A stretch of 64,000 bases of DNA. Source: Candidatus Curtissbacteria bacterium (GTDB lineage Bacteria > Patescibacteriota > Microgenomatia > Curtissbacterales > GWA2-41-24). The notes beneath the pieces are model-generated. The model searched no databases, was not told the origin of the DNA, and saw only the letters and a program-made list of their open reading frames with translations. The stretch spans positions 433,334 to 497,333 of the forward strand of contig JAUSJC010000010.1 in assembly GCA_030647775.1 (NCBI GenBank), given 5' to 3'. The position numbers and the translations under genes are program-made. Of the stretch, positions 28,552 through 38,896 are shown piece after piece. Every line of letters starts with the position of its first letter. Position 1 is the stretch's first letter.

Positions 28552-29804
28552 TTACTTATGAGATAACTGGCGGCACAAAACTTTCAGGCAAAATCAAAGT
28601 TGCCGGTAATAAAAACTCAATTCTGCCCATTATGGCCGCTTGTCTTCTAACAGAAGACACTTGTACCATCAAAAACGTTCCCCAAATTTCCGATGTGGAT
28701 GTGATGAAAAAGCTGCTCGAGCTAACCGGAGCAAAAATTGAGTGGAAGGATAAATCAACGCTTGTTATAAGCGCCAAAGAAGTAAAACCAGTAGATTTTC
28801 CCCAAGAATTGACACAAAAGCTAAGAGCGGCTGTCCTCCTCATGGGGCCGATGTTGGCTAGATGCGGTGAAGTTAAAATGGGCCACCCGGGAGGAGATAT
28901 TATTGGCAGAAGACCTCTAGATACCCATATCCAATCACTTATTGCCCTCGGTGCCAAAATAAAAGAAGGCGATTTTTATGAAGGCTCGACCAAAGGCTTT
29001 AAGGGTACAGGTATCTTTTTAGAAGAGGCCTCTGTTACTGCTACCGAAAACGTCATTATGGCATCTGTTTTAGCAAGCGGTACAACCACGATCAGGAGAG
29101 CTGCTTCAGAGCCACACGTTATCGACCTATGCCAGTTTTTAAACAAAATGGGGGCACAAATCTCCGGTATCGGCTCAAACGTTCTAACAATTGTCGGCGT
29201 AAAACGTCTAAAAGGTACAACTTTCAAAGTCCGCCCCGATCATATTGAAGTTGGTACTTTTGCGATTTTGGCACTAGTTACCGCTACCAAGTTGGAAATA
29301 GCCCCTGTCATCAAAGAAGATGTCGAAATGATACTTCTTACTCTTTCAAAGTTCGGAGCCAAATATAAGCTGGGGAAAGAAACGCTTACTGTTTTCGGCA
29401 GTAAGCTTAAAGCCATAGAAAAAGTAGTAACTGGCGTCTGGCCGGGTTTTCCGACTGACCTAATTGCACCAATGATTGTTTTGGCAACCCAGGCCAAGGG
29501 CGTGACTATTATTCACGATTGGATGTACGAATCGCGGATGTTTTTTGTCGACAAACTTCTTTCGATGGGTGCTAAAGTTGAAATTGCTGATCCTCACAGA
29601 GTGCTTGTGTACGGCCCAACGAAGCTTTTCGGCCAAAGGCTGGACACTCCCGATATTAGGGCCGGTATCGCCATTGTTATCGCCGCACTTTCTGCAACAG
29701 GTAAGAGCCAAATCGATAAAGCCGAGCTTATCGAGAGAGGTTATGAAAATATAGTGGAAAGACTTTTAGCTCTCGGTGCCCAAATAACCCGTAGGCAGTC
29801 ATAA
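28548..29804 (+). CDS. murA: UDP-GlcNAc enolpyruvyl transferase
   Basis: GNKNSILP, LRA..LLMGPMLAR, PGGDIIGRRP (Asp at the usual Cys position), SVTATEN, WPGFPTDL, DIRAG, IERGYE. Confidence 0.96.
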   Translation: MITYEITGGTKLSGKIKVAGNKNSILPIMAACLLTEDTCTIKNVPQISDVDVMKKLLELTGAKIEWKDKSTLVISAKEVKPVDFPQELTQKLRAAVLLMGPMLARCGEVKMGHPGGDIIGRRPLDTHIQSLIALGAKIKEGDFYEGSTKGFKGTGIFLEEASVTATENVIMASVLASGTTTIRRAASEPHVIDLCQFLNKMGAQISGIGSNVLTIVGVKRLKGTTFKVRPDHIEVGTFAILALVTATKLEIAPVIKEDVEMILLTLSKFGAKYKLGKETLTVFGSKLKAIEKVVTGVWPGFPTDLIAPMIVLATQAKGVTIIHDWMYESRMFFVDKLLSMGAKVEIADPHRVLVYGPTKLFGQRLDTPDIRAGIAIVIAALSATGKSQIDKAELIERGYENIVERLLALGAQITRRQS

Positions 29805-30731
29805 ATGTCCAAGAAATTAAAAGTTGGTGTTCTTTTTGGCGGCAAATCACCCGAGCACGAGATTTCAAAAATTTCCGGCAGGGAAGTCATCAAAAATCTG
29901 AATAAGGATAAATACGAAATAATCCCAATTTATATTGACAAAGACGGCAATTTTGATTCCCCCGCAAAAGTAGGATCGCTAAAAAAGCTAATCGATATTG
30001 CTTTCATTGCCATGCATGGTCCGTTAGGGGAAGATGGCACGATTCAGGGACTCCTTGAGTTTTTAGGAATCCCATATACCGGTTCCAGAGTTCTAGCATC
30101 GGCTTTGGGCATGGACAAAATTTCCTCGCTCGCAATATTTGCTCAAGAAGGTTTAAAAATACCCAAATATGTGGTTGTCGACAATCCCCATGTAGATATT
30201 AAAGATTTCAAACTGCCAGTTTTTGTCAAACCGGCAAATCATGGATCTTCAGTCGGCGTCTCAAAAGTTATACATAAAAATCAGCTCAAGCAAGCAATCA
30301 CTCTCGCCCTAAAATACAGTCCAGAAGTTCTCGTACAGGAATTTATTGATGGGGTAGAGGTAACCTGCGCAATCCTTGGGAATGACAAGCCAAAAGCTCT
30401 ACCTCTTGTTGAAATCGTTCCCAAAAAAGAATTTTTCGATTATGAAGCCAAATATGATGCAAATCTTACCGACGAAATCGTTCCGGCAAGAATCAGCAAG
30501 TCTCTAACAAAAAAAGCTCAAGAAGCCGCCTTAAAAGCTTACAGAGCGATCGGTTGCAAAGATTTTGGACGGGTAGACATGATCATTCGCGGCAAAGATA
30601 TCTATGCCCTCGAGATCAACACAATTCCCGGACTTACACCCGTTTCTCTTTTCCCCAAAGCCGCCAAGGCTGCCGGCATCTCATACGAAAAACTGCTGGA
30701 TAAAATTATTTCCCTCTCGCAAGAAAATTAA
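29805..30731 (+). CDS. ddl: D-alanine--D-alanine ligase
   Basis: FGGKSPEHEIS, HGPLGEDGTIQG, GMDK, KPANHGSSVG, FDYEAKY, RVD, EINTIPGLT. Confidence 0.97.
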   Translation: MSKKLKVGVLFGGKSPEHEISKISGREVIKNLNKDKYEIIPIYIDKDGNFDSPAKVGSLKKLIDIAFIAMHGPLGEDGTIQGLLEFLGIPYTGSRVLASALGMDKISSLAIFAQEGLKIPKYVVVDNPHVDIKDFKLPVFVKPANHGSSVGVSKVIHKNQLKQAITLALKYSPEVLVQEFIDGVEVTCAILGNDKPKALPLVEIVPKKEFFDYEAKYDANLTDEIVPARISKSLTKKAQEAALKAYRAIGCKDFGRVDMIIRGKDIYALEINTIPGLTPVSLFPKAAKAAGISYEKLLDKIISLSQEN

Positions 30732-30776
30732 CTCCAGTTCTTTGAATTAAGTGCCCAAAAAAGATATAATAGCAGA

Positions 30777-31985
30777 TTGATGATGTTTAATACCGATATT
30801 TTTGAAGAGGTCAGATCATGGAAAAAACCTCTCCATAAATCAAGGAATTATATTGCCAAAAATTACCTCAAACTTCTTCCGGAAGTCGAGGTAATCGGTA
30901 TTACCGGTAGCGTTGGTAAAACCCTAACCCAAAACGCAATTTATTCGGTACTTTCCCAAAAATTTAACGTCGCCACCGGCGGCGAAAATCTTGATCCTAC
31001 ATTTCGTATTCCCCAAACGATTCTTGCAACCAAGCCGTGGAATCAAAAAGTAGTCCTCGAATATGGAGTCGAAAAACCCGGCAATATGGATCATTACCTT
31101 TCTATCGTCAAACCTAAAATTGCGGTTGTTACGACTATCTCCCCGACCCACACAAAATATTTTAAAGATATCGAGGGTATCTATAGTGAAAAGGTTAAGT
31201 TGGTAAAGGCTCTTGGTAAAAGCGGCTATGCAGTCTTAAACGCCGATGATCCAAACGTCACGAAAATGGCAAATGAAACCGAAGCCAGAATTTATTGGTA
31301 CGGTAAAAAGGCAGCCGACGGCGTAAAAATATCGCATTTTTCGCAAAGTCTTACCGGGTCAACCTTTCGTTTGCACTACAAAAGCCAAAAAGCTACTGTC
31401 AGCTGGAAGGCAGTGGGCGAACATCAATTAACTTCGGCATATGCCGCTGCAGCCGTCGGTCTTTTGGAGGGTTTGACTTTAAAACAAATCGCCAAGGGGC
31501 TTTCCCAAGTGAAATTGCCCGTGCACCGTCTGACTCCGCTTGTTACCAAAAACTTCAATATTATCGACGATACTTATAATTCTTCTCCAAAAGCGGCTCT
31601 TGAAGCCTTGAAAACGTTCCTCAAATTATCGAAAAATTTGCATAAAATAATTGTCCTCGGTCCGATGAAGGACTTGGGTCATTTATCCCTCGAAGAACAC
31701 AAAAAACTTGGGTCAGCCATTGCCAAATCTAAAATTAATGTTCTTATCACATACGAAAAGGTTGCCGAAATTATCGGCAAATCAGCCAAAAAATACGGCT
31801 TTGTCGGTAGAGTTCTAAATTCCGATTCAACGCAAGAAATTATAAAAGAAATTAAAAAACTCAAAAAGGCAAACAGCGTAATTCTAATTAAGGGCTCCCG
31901 CCATGCCCACCTGGAAAGAGTCGTTAATGGGCTTTTAGGAAAATCGACAAAGCTAAACTGTTACCACTGTGGTAATCTTAAATAA
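30777..31985 (+). CDS. murF: UDP-MurNAc-tripeptide--D-Ala-D-Ala ligase
   Basis: IGITGSVGKT, LNADD, IIDDTYNSSP, VLGPMKDLG, IKGSR. Confidence 0.92.
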   Translation: MMMFNTDIFEEVRSWKKPLHKSRNYIAKNYLKLLPEVEVIGITGSVGKTLTQNAIYSVLSQKFNVATGGENLDPTFRIPQTILATKPWNQKVVLEYGVEKPGNMDHYLSIVKPKIAVVTTISPTHTKYFKDIEGIYSEKVKLVKALGKSGYAVLNADDPNVTKMANETEARIYWYGKKAADGVKISHFSQSLTGSTFRLHYKSQKATVSWKAVGEHQLTSAYAAAAVGLLEGLTLKQIAKGLSQVKLPVHRLTPLVTKNFNIIDDTYNSSPKAALEALKTFLKLSKNLHKIIVLGPMKDLGHLSLEEHKKLGSAIAKSKINVLITYEKVAEIIGKSAKKYGFVGRVLNSDSTQEIIKEIKKLKKANSVILIKGSRHAHLERVVNGLLGKSTKLNCYHCGNLK

Positions 31986-32004
31986 CTGCTCAAAATTAAT
32001 TTAG

Positions 32005-33036
32005 ATGGTTCAAATTTTAGGCTTACTGCTATTATCATTTTTTACAATCAGTATTCTCCTGGTTCCGTTTATAAACGCCCTCTATAAAATAAGATTTCAA
32101 AGACGCAGTCAAAAAACTCGCGACATCTTTGAGGCTAGGACTCCAATTTTTGATAAACTTCATGGCCATAAAGTCGGCACTCCGGTAGGCGGTGGAGCCC
32201 TGGTAATTTTAGTTGTGACTGCCCTTTATCTGGTTATTGTAAGTCTTGCCCCGCAGTTGGGGATTGAAAGAACCGCCGTCTACCCTTACAAAAAAGAAGT
32301 CCAAGTTCTCCTCTTCACTTTTCTCTCATTTGGTCTTTTAGGTGCATACGATGATCTTAGAAAAACTTTCGGTTTTACAAAAAATAAATTCTGGGGGATG
32401 CGCTTTCGCCATAAATTCGCTGTCCAGTGGGCCTTAGCACTGGCAGTTGCCTGTTTTCTTTATTTTGGCTTGGGAATTCACATTGTTAACGTCAGATTTT
32501 TTGATGTTTTTGACCTCGGCCTTTTATATATCCCTTTTGCCGCTTTTGTCATCGTTTCTTTTGCCAACGCCGTCAATATTTCAGATGGTCTTGACGGCCT
32601 GGCAACGGGGCTTCTCTTAATTTGCCTCCTAGCCTTCTTAATAATATCCCGCACGATTTTAGATACCACTCTTTCAACATTTTTGGGCCTTTGGATCGGC
32701 GCCCTTATCGCTTTTCTTTATTTCAACATTTGGCCCGCCAGGATTTGGCTTGGCGATGTCGGTGCTCTCTCCTTCGGCGCCACTCTTGCCGTTATCGGTC
32801 TTATTTTAGGAAAGTCAATTGCCCTTCCGGTTATTGGCGGCATGTTTATTGTTGAAGTTGCCTCCTCGCTCGCGCAAATAGTTTCTAAAAAAATCAGGCA
32901 TAAAAAACTTTTCGAGGTTGCCCCGATTCATCTCTGGCTCCAGAATAAAGGCTGGGAAGAATCAAAAATAGTTTTCCGGTTTTGGCTGGCTCAAATTATG
33001 TTCGCCGTATTTGGCCTCTGGCTCTCCTTTTTCTAA
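32005..33036 (+). CDS. mraY: phospho-MurNAc-pentapeptide transferase
   Basis: HKVGTPVGGG, GAYDD, NAVNISDGLDGLA, FNIWPARIWLGDVG, APIH. Confidence 0.96.
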   Translation: MVQILGLLLLSFFTISILLVPFINALYKIRFQRRSQKTRDIFEARTPIFDKLHGHKVGTPVGGGALVILVVTALYLVIVSLAPQLGIERTAVYPYKKEVQVLLFTFLSFGLLGAYDDLRKTFGFTKNKFWGMRFRHKFAVQWALALAVACFLYFGLGIHIVNVRFFDVFDLGLLYIPFAAFVIVSFANAVNISDGLDGLATGLLLICLLAFLIISRTILDTTLSTFLGLWIGALIAFLYFNIWPARIWLGDVGALSFGATLAVIGLILGKSIALPVIGGMFIVEVASSLAQIVSKKIRHKKLFEVAPIHLWLQNKGWEESKIVFRFWLAQIMFAVFGLWLSFF

Positions 33037-33074
33037 TTTTATGAGCGAAAACGAAGAAAATAAGCTCTCTTAAG

Positions 33075-33857
33075 ATGCAAGATAAACGACCAATAGGACT
33101 TTTTGATTCCGGTGTTGGCGGCCTCTCCGTTCTTTTGGAAATTGCCAAAATCCTCCCCAACGAAAACTTCATTTTTCTGGCTGATCAGCTAAACGTTCCC
33201 TATGGCGGCAAAACTAAAAGGGAACTGGAAGACCTAACTGAACGAATCACTTACTTCTTAATGAAGAAAAAAATAAAAGCTCTGGTGGTTGCCTGTAACA
33301 CGGCAACTTGTTACGCCTTGGATTATTTAAGGTTCAATTTCGATATTCCCATAGTCGGCGTCGTTCCGGCCGTTAAGCCCTCCGCCAAACTTACCAAAAC
33401 CGGGAAAATTGCCATTATGTCCACACCAGCCACAGCCAAAAGCGCCTATTTGGCTTCTCTAATAGTAGAATTCGGTAAGCATAAAAATTTCCTTAAACTA
33501 GGATGCGATGGTTTAGAAGATGCTGTCGAGACCTTAGATACAAATGCACTTGAGAAGCTTTTAGATAAATATTGCGCACAGATTAAAAAATTTGGTGCGG
33601 ATGTTGTGATCTTAGGTTGTACCCACTTCCCATTTCTAAAAGAAGATATTAAAAAAAGGCTTGGCCCCAATGTGAAAGTTATTGATTCAGGCCAAGCAAT
33701 TGCTAGGCGTGTTAAGTATCTTCTCAAGAGGAAAGACATTCTTTCTTCATCAAAAGATAGCGACCTTTTTTTTACTACGGGTGACGAGAAAGAATTTTCG
33801 CGCGTTGCTTCCCAACTTTTAGAATCTATTATCAAGTCCCAAAAAGCAGAGATCTAA
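33075..33857 (+). CDS. murI: glutamate racemase
   Basis: FDSGVGGLSV, PYG, VACNTAT, LGCTHFP; both catalytic Cys present. Confidence 0.97.
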   Translation: MQDKRPIGLFDSGVGGLSVLLEIAKILPNENFIFLADQLNVPYGGKTKRELEDLTERITYFLMKKKIKALVVACNTATCYALDYLRFNFDIPIVGVVPAVKPSAKLTKTGKIAIMSTPATAKSAYLASLIVEFGKHKNFLKLGCDGLEDAVETLDTNALEKLLDKYCAQIKKFGADVVILGCTHFPFLKEDIKKRLGPNVKVIDSGQAIARRVKYLLKRKDILSSSKDSDLFFTTGDEKEFSRVASQLLESIIKSQKAEI

Positions 33858-33858
33858 A

Positions 33859-35208
33859 ATGAATAGAAACAGCGGCGTGAAGATTCTAAGAGAAAAATAT
33901 CCAGTATTTGAATACTCAAGTTTTTCTTATAAGAAAAAGGCTAAATCACTTGTTATCTCTTTTCTTTTTAAGATCCGTCCGGATATTGTATTTGAACCCG
34001 TTTTAGAAATTAAAAATGTTGATAATTTTGAAAATATAGAAAACTTTATTTTCCATTTAGGGTTAATTGAAATGTTGAGCTATTGGAAAGTCACCTGCTC
34101 TCCACTCATAAAAATAAAAGCTGGGTCATTAAACCAAAAACAAATAAATTGGTGGAAAAACTTACTTATAAAAGGTCTTGGAGAATTCTTCTATCAAAAT
34201 GATATCGACTTTAAAGAAGAAGATTTTGTGAGAATTGAAAGTGCTGGCAAAAAACTTTTTCAATATGACAAAGTCGGCCATAAAGATCGTTATTTAATTC
34301 TAAATGGAGGGGGAAGGGATTCTGTTGTCTCATTAGAATTTTTAAAAGAGCTTAAAAAACAAACAAAAATTTTAATGCTCAACCCTACCCAAGCCCAATT
34401 AGCTGTAACCAGAGTTTCTGGCGTAGATAATCCGATCATTGTTAAAAGAGAAATTGATAAAAGATTACTAGATCTAAACCAGAAAGGATATTTAAATGGC
34501 CATACTCCATTCTCGGCATATTTATCTTTCCTTTCTATTCTATGTTCTAAACTTTTTGACTATAAATACATTATTTCTTCAAATGAAAGAAGCTCTAACG
34601 AAGGAAACCTTGAATTTAAAGGCGAGAAGATTAATCACCAATATTCCAAAAGCTTCGAATTCGAGAAATCTTTTAGACAATATGCAAAAGAGAATCTATC
34701 AGATGACATAGAATATTTAAGTTTATTAAGGCCGCTTTACGAAATTCAAATTTCCAGGATATTTTCGAATTACAAACAATATTTCGGTGCATTTAAAAGC
34801 TGCAATAGGGGGCAAAAAACCAACAGCTGGTGTGGGAAATGCCCAAAGTGTCTTTCAATTTTTATTTCCTTATATCCATTCGTAGGTGAAGGTCAGGCAG
34901 AAATAATCTTCGGGAAAAACTTATATAAAGACACAGATCTCGTTGGTCTTCTCGGAGAAATCAGCGGTGAGGGCGAGAACAAACCTTTTGAGTGCGTAGG
35001 AACTTTTGAAGAAATTTTAACAGGTCTTTATCTAAGCTCAAAAAAGGCCGGAGAACAATTAAAAGAACTTCCTCTTTTGGAATTTGCGGTTTCTGAAATT
35101 TTACCTAAATATAATATGGAAGAAATTCAAGAAAGAATCATTAATGGTTGGGACGACGAAAATTTTCTGCCGGGAAAAATTGTTACTACACTCAAAAATA
35201 ATGTTTGA
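33859..35208 (+). CDS. murL: MurL-like UDP-MurNAc-L-Ala-L-Glu epimerase
   Basis: PP-loop-like GGGRDS, LNGHTPFS, SNERSS, NHQYSKS, SCN..WCGKCPKC, KPFECVG; overlaps murD, as in murL-murD2 pairs. Confidence 0.8.
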   Translation: MNRNSGVKILREKYPVFEYSSFSYKKKAKSLVISFLFKIRPDIVFEPVLEIKNVDNFENIENFIFHLGLIEMLSYWKVTCSPLIKIKAGSLNQKQINWWKNLLIKGLGEFFYQNDIDFKEEDFVRIESAGKKLFQYDKVGHKDRYLILNGGGRDSVVSLEFLKELKKQTKILMLNPTQAQLAVTRVSGVDNPIIVKREIDKRLLDLNQKGYLNGHTPFSAYLSFLSILCSKLFDYKYIISSNERSSNEGNLEFKGEKINHQYSKSFEFEKSFRQYAKENLSDDIEYLSLLRPLYEIQISRIFSNYKQYFGAFKSCNRGQKTNSWCGKCPKCLSIFISLYPFVGEGQAEIIFGKNLYKDTDLVGLLGEISGEGENKPFECVGTFEEILTGLYLSSKKAGEQLKELPLLEFAVSEILPKYNMEEIQERIINGWDDENFLPGKIVTTLKNNV

Positions 35209-36571
35209 AGAATTCAAAGATAAAAATATTTTGATTCTGGGAGCAGGTCGGGAAGGGTTTTCTGCTTTAAAGTTGCTAAGAAAGATTTTCCCACGGAAAA
35301 GATTAACTATCTGCGATGAGAAAAATTTAGAGAAACTTGATAAAGAAATTCAGGAAATCGTCAGGGGTGATAAAAATTTAGAAGCAAATTTTGGCAAACA
35401 CTATTTAGATTTTCCTGGAAATATCGATCTTATAATTAAATCTCCTGGTATCCCGCGAAAAAAATTGGGAAAAATATCTGCGCAGATAACATCAGCAACG
35501 AAAATATTCTTCAAATACTGCAAAGGGACCATAATTGGTATCACCGGAACTAAAGGCAAAAGCACTACATCGTCACTTGTTTATAAGATTCTCAAAGACA
35601 ATGGTTTTAATGTTGAACTGGTAGGTAATATTGGTAAACCGGCAATTATATATCTTGACGCAAAAACAGAAGACAAAATTTTTATTTATGAACTATCAAG
35701 TTTCCAGCTTGAAGATCTACGTCAAAGCCCGCATATTGGGGTTATTTTGAATATCTATGAGGAACATCTGGATTATCACGAAAGCTTCGAAGATTATAAA
35801 AAAAGTAAAGTAAATATTACCCGGTGGCAAAAACCTAATGATTTTTTAATTTATAATTTTAATGCAGACTTAAAAGCGGTAATTATTTCCCAGACAAAGG
35901 CACAAAAAATCCCCTTTAGTATTTCAGAAGCAATAAATGACGGCTATTCTATTGAAAACGACTGGATAGTTAACGCAACGGACGGAAAGAAAGAAAAAAT
36001 AATGTCGCTTGATAATATAAATCTTATCGGAAAATTTAATTTGAATAATGTAATTGCTTCTATTGCAGTTACTAAAATTTTTGGGATCGAGAACAGAAAA
36101 ATAGAAAAATCCGTTAAATCATTTAAACCGCTGGAGCATCGTCTTCAGCTTGTAGGCACTTTCAGAGGCATTACATTTTATAATGATTCTATAGCCACAA
36201 ATCCGGGGGCAACGATAGCAGCAATGGATGCTCTTGGGGATAATTTGCAAACGATAATCCTTGGCGGATACGAACGGGGATTAAATTTCGATAATCTGGC
36301 AACGGAGTTAATCAACAGCAAGGTTGAAAACACTATTCTCTTTCCCGTAACCGGCAAGAGAATAAAGGAAGCAATACTTACACAAAAGCCGGACTGCAAG
36401 ATTCATTTCTATGATGCTAGTAATATGTCAGAAGCCGTGGCACTTGCTTGCTCAAATACGCAAGAGGGCAAAATTTGTTTACTCTCCCCAGCTTCGCCGA
36501 GTTTTAACATGTTCAAAAATTACGAGGACCGCGGCAGGCAGTTTGCCGCCGAAGTTAATAAACTAACGTGA
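35201..36571 (+). CDS. murD: UDP-MurNAc-L-Ala--glutamate ligase (MurD, possibly MurD2 type)
   Basis: KSPG, GITGTKGKSTT, GNIG, ELSSFQL, EHLDYH, HRLQ, YNDSIATNP, LLSPASPSF; start at ATG 35201. Confidence 0.95.
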   Translation: MFEEFKDKNILILGAGREGFSALKLLRKIFPRKRLTICDEKNLEKLDKEIQEIVRGDKNLEANFGKHYLDFPGNIDLIIKSPGIPRKKLGKISAQITSATKIFFKYCKGTIIGITGTKGKSTTSSLVYKILKDNGFNVELVGNIGKPAIIYLDAKTEDKIFIYELSSFQLEDLRQSPHIGVILNIYEEHLDYHESFEDYKKSKVNITRWQKPNDFLIYNFNADLKAVIISQTKAQKIPFSISEAINDGYSIENDWIVNATDGKKEKIMSLDNINLIGKFNLNNVIASIAVTKIFGIENRKIEKSVKSFKPLEHRLQLVGTFRGITFYNDSIATNPGATIAAMDALGDNLQTIILGGYERGLNFDNLATELINSKVENTILFPVTGKRIKEAILTQKPDCKIHFYDASNMSEAVALACSNTQEGKICLLSPASPSFNMFKNYEDRGRQFAAEVNKLT

Positions 36572-37686
36572 GAAATTATTTGGTCAGGTCAAAACAAAAG
36601 GCACTGGACCTGCCTTTTATTACTGCCACTGTCCTTATGGTTATACTTGGTCTCGTCATCATCTATGATGCCACGCCGGTTGCCGCCTTTCATGATTTTG
36701 GCGACAAGCTTTACTACTTCAAAAACCAGCTCATTTGGGCAACATTAGGTTCTTTTGCCCTCATCTTCTTTAGTTTTTTTGATTACCATAAGCTCTTGAA
36801 ATTTGCTTACCCGCTCCTTTCGGCAAGCGTTCTTCTTTTATTGGCAGTTCTTGTGCCCGGTATCGGTTCTAAAATTTACGGGGCCCGCCGTTGGATTTCT
36901 ATTGCCGGTTTTTCTTTTCAACCTTCGGAAATTGCCAAACTGGCGCTAATTTTCTACGAAACTGCGGTTATCTCCAAATTTGAAAACTTTAAAATTTCTT
37001 TTAAAGATGCTTTTTTAGTAATCTTTCTGCCGGCGTTTGCCGTTACCGGTCTTGTCCTAGTCCAGCCGGACCTGGGAACAGCCTTAATTTTGGCTAGCCT
37101 TACTTTAACAATTTACTTTGTAGGCGGTGGTCCACTTAAACATCTTGTTTTGGCCCTTTCTGCCATAATTGTTGCGGGAGTTGGTGCAATAATTCTTGAA
37201 CCATACCGTTTTGCTAGGTTCAAATCGTTCCTCGACCCCGCTCACGACCCGCAAGGTGCTTCTTACCAGATAAACCAAATATTAATCGCTCTTTCCCAAG
37301 GCGGGCTTTTCGGTGTCGGGCTTGGAGGCTCCCGCAGCAAGTTTGACTTCATCCCCGAAGTTCAGGGAGACGCAATTTTTGCCGTTTTTGTTGAAGAACT
37401 GGGCTTTATTGGTGCCGTACTTTTAATTGCGCTTTTCCTTTTTATCATCTCCAGGGGCATCGCCATTGCCAGAAATGCCCCGGACCCGACCGGCAAAATT
37501 TTGGCAATCGGACTGGTTGGCTTAATTGCCGTCCAGGCGCTTTTTAATCTGGCTTCTGTCGTTGCCCTTGTCCCCCTAACCGGTGTACCGCTTCCGTTTA
37601 TTTCCTATGGTGGTTCGTCGCTTTTTGTTATAGTTGCCGCGATTGGTATTCTTATTAATATTGAAAGGCAATCGCAAAAAGCATGA
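36568..37686 (+). CDS. ftsW: SEDS protein FtsW
   Basis: GARRWI, FQPSEIAK, QPDLGT, YQINQ, GLGGS, PLTGVPLPFISYGGSS; directly upstream of murG. Confidence 0.95.
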   Translation: MRNYLVRSKQKALDLPFITATVLMVILGLVIIYDATPVAAFHDFGDKLYYFKNQLIWATLGSFALIFFSFFDYHKLLKFAYPLLSASVLLLLAVLVPGIGSKIYGARRWISIAGFSFQPSEIAKLALIFYETAVISKFENFKISFKDAFLVIFLPAFAVTGLVLVQPDLGTALILASLTLTIYFVGGGPLKHLVLALSAIIVAGVGAIILEPYRFARFKSFLDPAHDPQGASYQINQILIALSQGGLFGVGLGGSRSKFDFIPEVQGDAIFAVFVEELGFIGAVLLIALFLFIISRGIAIARNAPDPTGKILAIGLVGLIAVQALFNLASVVALVPLTGVPLPFISYGGSSLFVIVAAIGILINIERQSQKA

Positions 37687-38780
37687 AAAAGATTGTAATC
37701 ACAGGGGGACATCTAACGCCGGCACTGGCCGTGGTAGAAGCCTTAGCAAATAAAAAAGAATACAAAATAATCTTCTTCGGCCGCAAGATTGCCACGGACG
37801 GATCCGATAGCGTGTCGGCCGAATTCCGGGAAATCGGCAAAAGGAATATTACTTTTGTAGATATCGTCTCGGGGAGGCTTACCCGAAAATTTACAAAATA
37901 CTCAATTCCTTCGCTGCTCAAGATTCCGCTGGGGGTTTTAATGTCATTTCTTTATCTCGCCAAATACAGACCTTCTCTTGTTGTTTCTTTCGGCGGATAC
38001 TTATCTACTCCCGTAGTCTTTTGCGCCTGGCTTTTGGGAATCGACTGCCTAACTCACGAGCAGGCGGTGGTTCCCGGTTTTGCCAACAGGCTGAATAGTC
38101 TTTTTGTTAAAAAAATCTTTTTGTCTTGGGAGCAGACAAAAAATTACTTTCCCAAAGAAAAATACCAGGTAATCGGAACCCCTCAACCCCAATCGTTATT
38201 GGAAAAATCCGCGGGCGAAAAAAAGGTCAAAGCAATTCTTGAAAGAATTGGGGACATGGTCGTGGTAGCCGGCGGTTCCCAGGGTTCACACATCATCAAT
38301 AACCTGGTTTTTGAAAATCTTGATCTTTTCGCGAGAAACTTGGTTTTTCACCAGATAGGTACTGCCAATTATAAAAACGACCACGCCAAAGCGGCCAAAA
38401 TCAGGAAAAATAATTATTTCGCCATTGACTACGTAAGCCCCGAAGATATTGGTGCCGTATTTTCTCGCGCCAAGTTCGTTATCTCACGCTCCGGCGCCAA
38501 CACCGTTTGGGATCTGGCAATGCTTGCCAAACCGGCCATTTTAATCCCCTTGGCCATTGCCGCGGGGGATGAACAAACCAAAAACGCCCAAATTCTCGAA
38601 ACCGCCGGTTCGGCAATTATCCTCAGCCAAAATAGCCTTTCCCGCGCCTCCTTAAAAGAAGCAATCAAAAAAATGGAAGACAATCTCTCTGAATTTGAAA
38701 AATCTGCCCGCGCCTTCCAAAAAACTCTACCCCAAAATTCAACCGAAAAACTCGTTCAGTATATTTATCAAATCCTCTAA
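37683..38780 (+). CDS. murG: lipid I GlcNAc transferase
   Basis: TGGHLTP, FGGYLS, HEQ, GGSQG, SRSGA, EQTKNA. Confidence 0.95.
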   Translation: MKKIVITGGHLTPALAVVEALANKKEYKIIFFGRKIATDGSDSVSAEFREIGKRNITFVDIVSGRLTRKFTKYSIPSLLKIPLGVLMSFLYLAKYRPSLVVSFGGYLSTPVVFCAWLLGIDCLTHEQAVVPGFANRLNSLFVKKIFLSWEQTKNYFPKEKYQVIGTPQPQSLLEKSAGEKKVKAILERIGDMVVVAGGSQGSHIINNLVFENLDLFARNLVFHQIGTANYKNDHAKAAKIRKNNYFAIDYVSPEDIGAVFSRAKFVISRSGANTVWDLAMLAKPAILIPLAIAAGDEQTKNAQILETAGSAIILSQNSLSRASLKEAIKKMEDNLSEFEKSARAFQKTLPQNSTEKLVQYIYQIL

Positions 38781-38814
38781 TCCCCACCGCTACCACCTAC
38801 ATCCCAACTAAGAT

Positions 38815-38851
38815 TAGACCCGAGCGTTTGCGAGGGTCGCATGGTACTGTA
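38815..38851 (+). repeat. TAGnCCCG-hairpin-CGAG..CGCATGG repeat
   Basis: TAGACCCGAGCGTTTGCGAGGGTCGCATGGTACTGTA closely matches 55016-55050 and shares its ends with the copies at 63257 and 63963. Confidence 0.7.
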
Positions 38852-38896
38852 TTAGATTTGTTTAACAAATCGCATGGCACTGTATATACTTAAATC

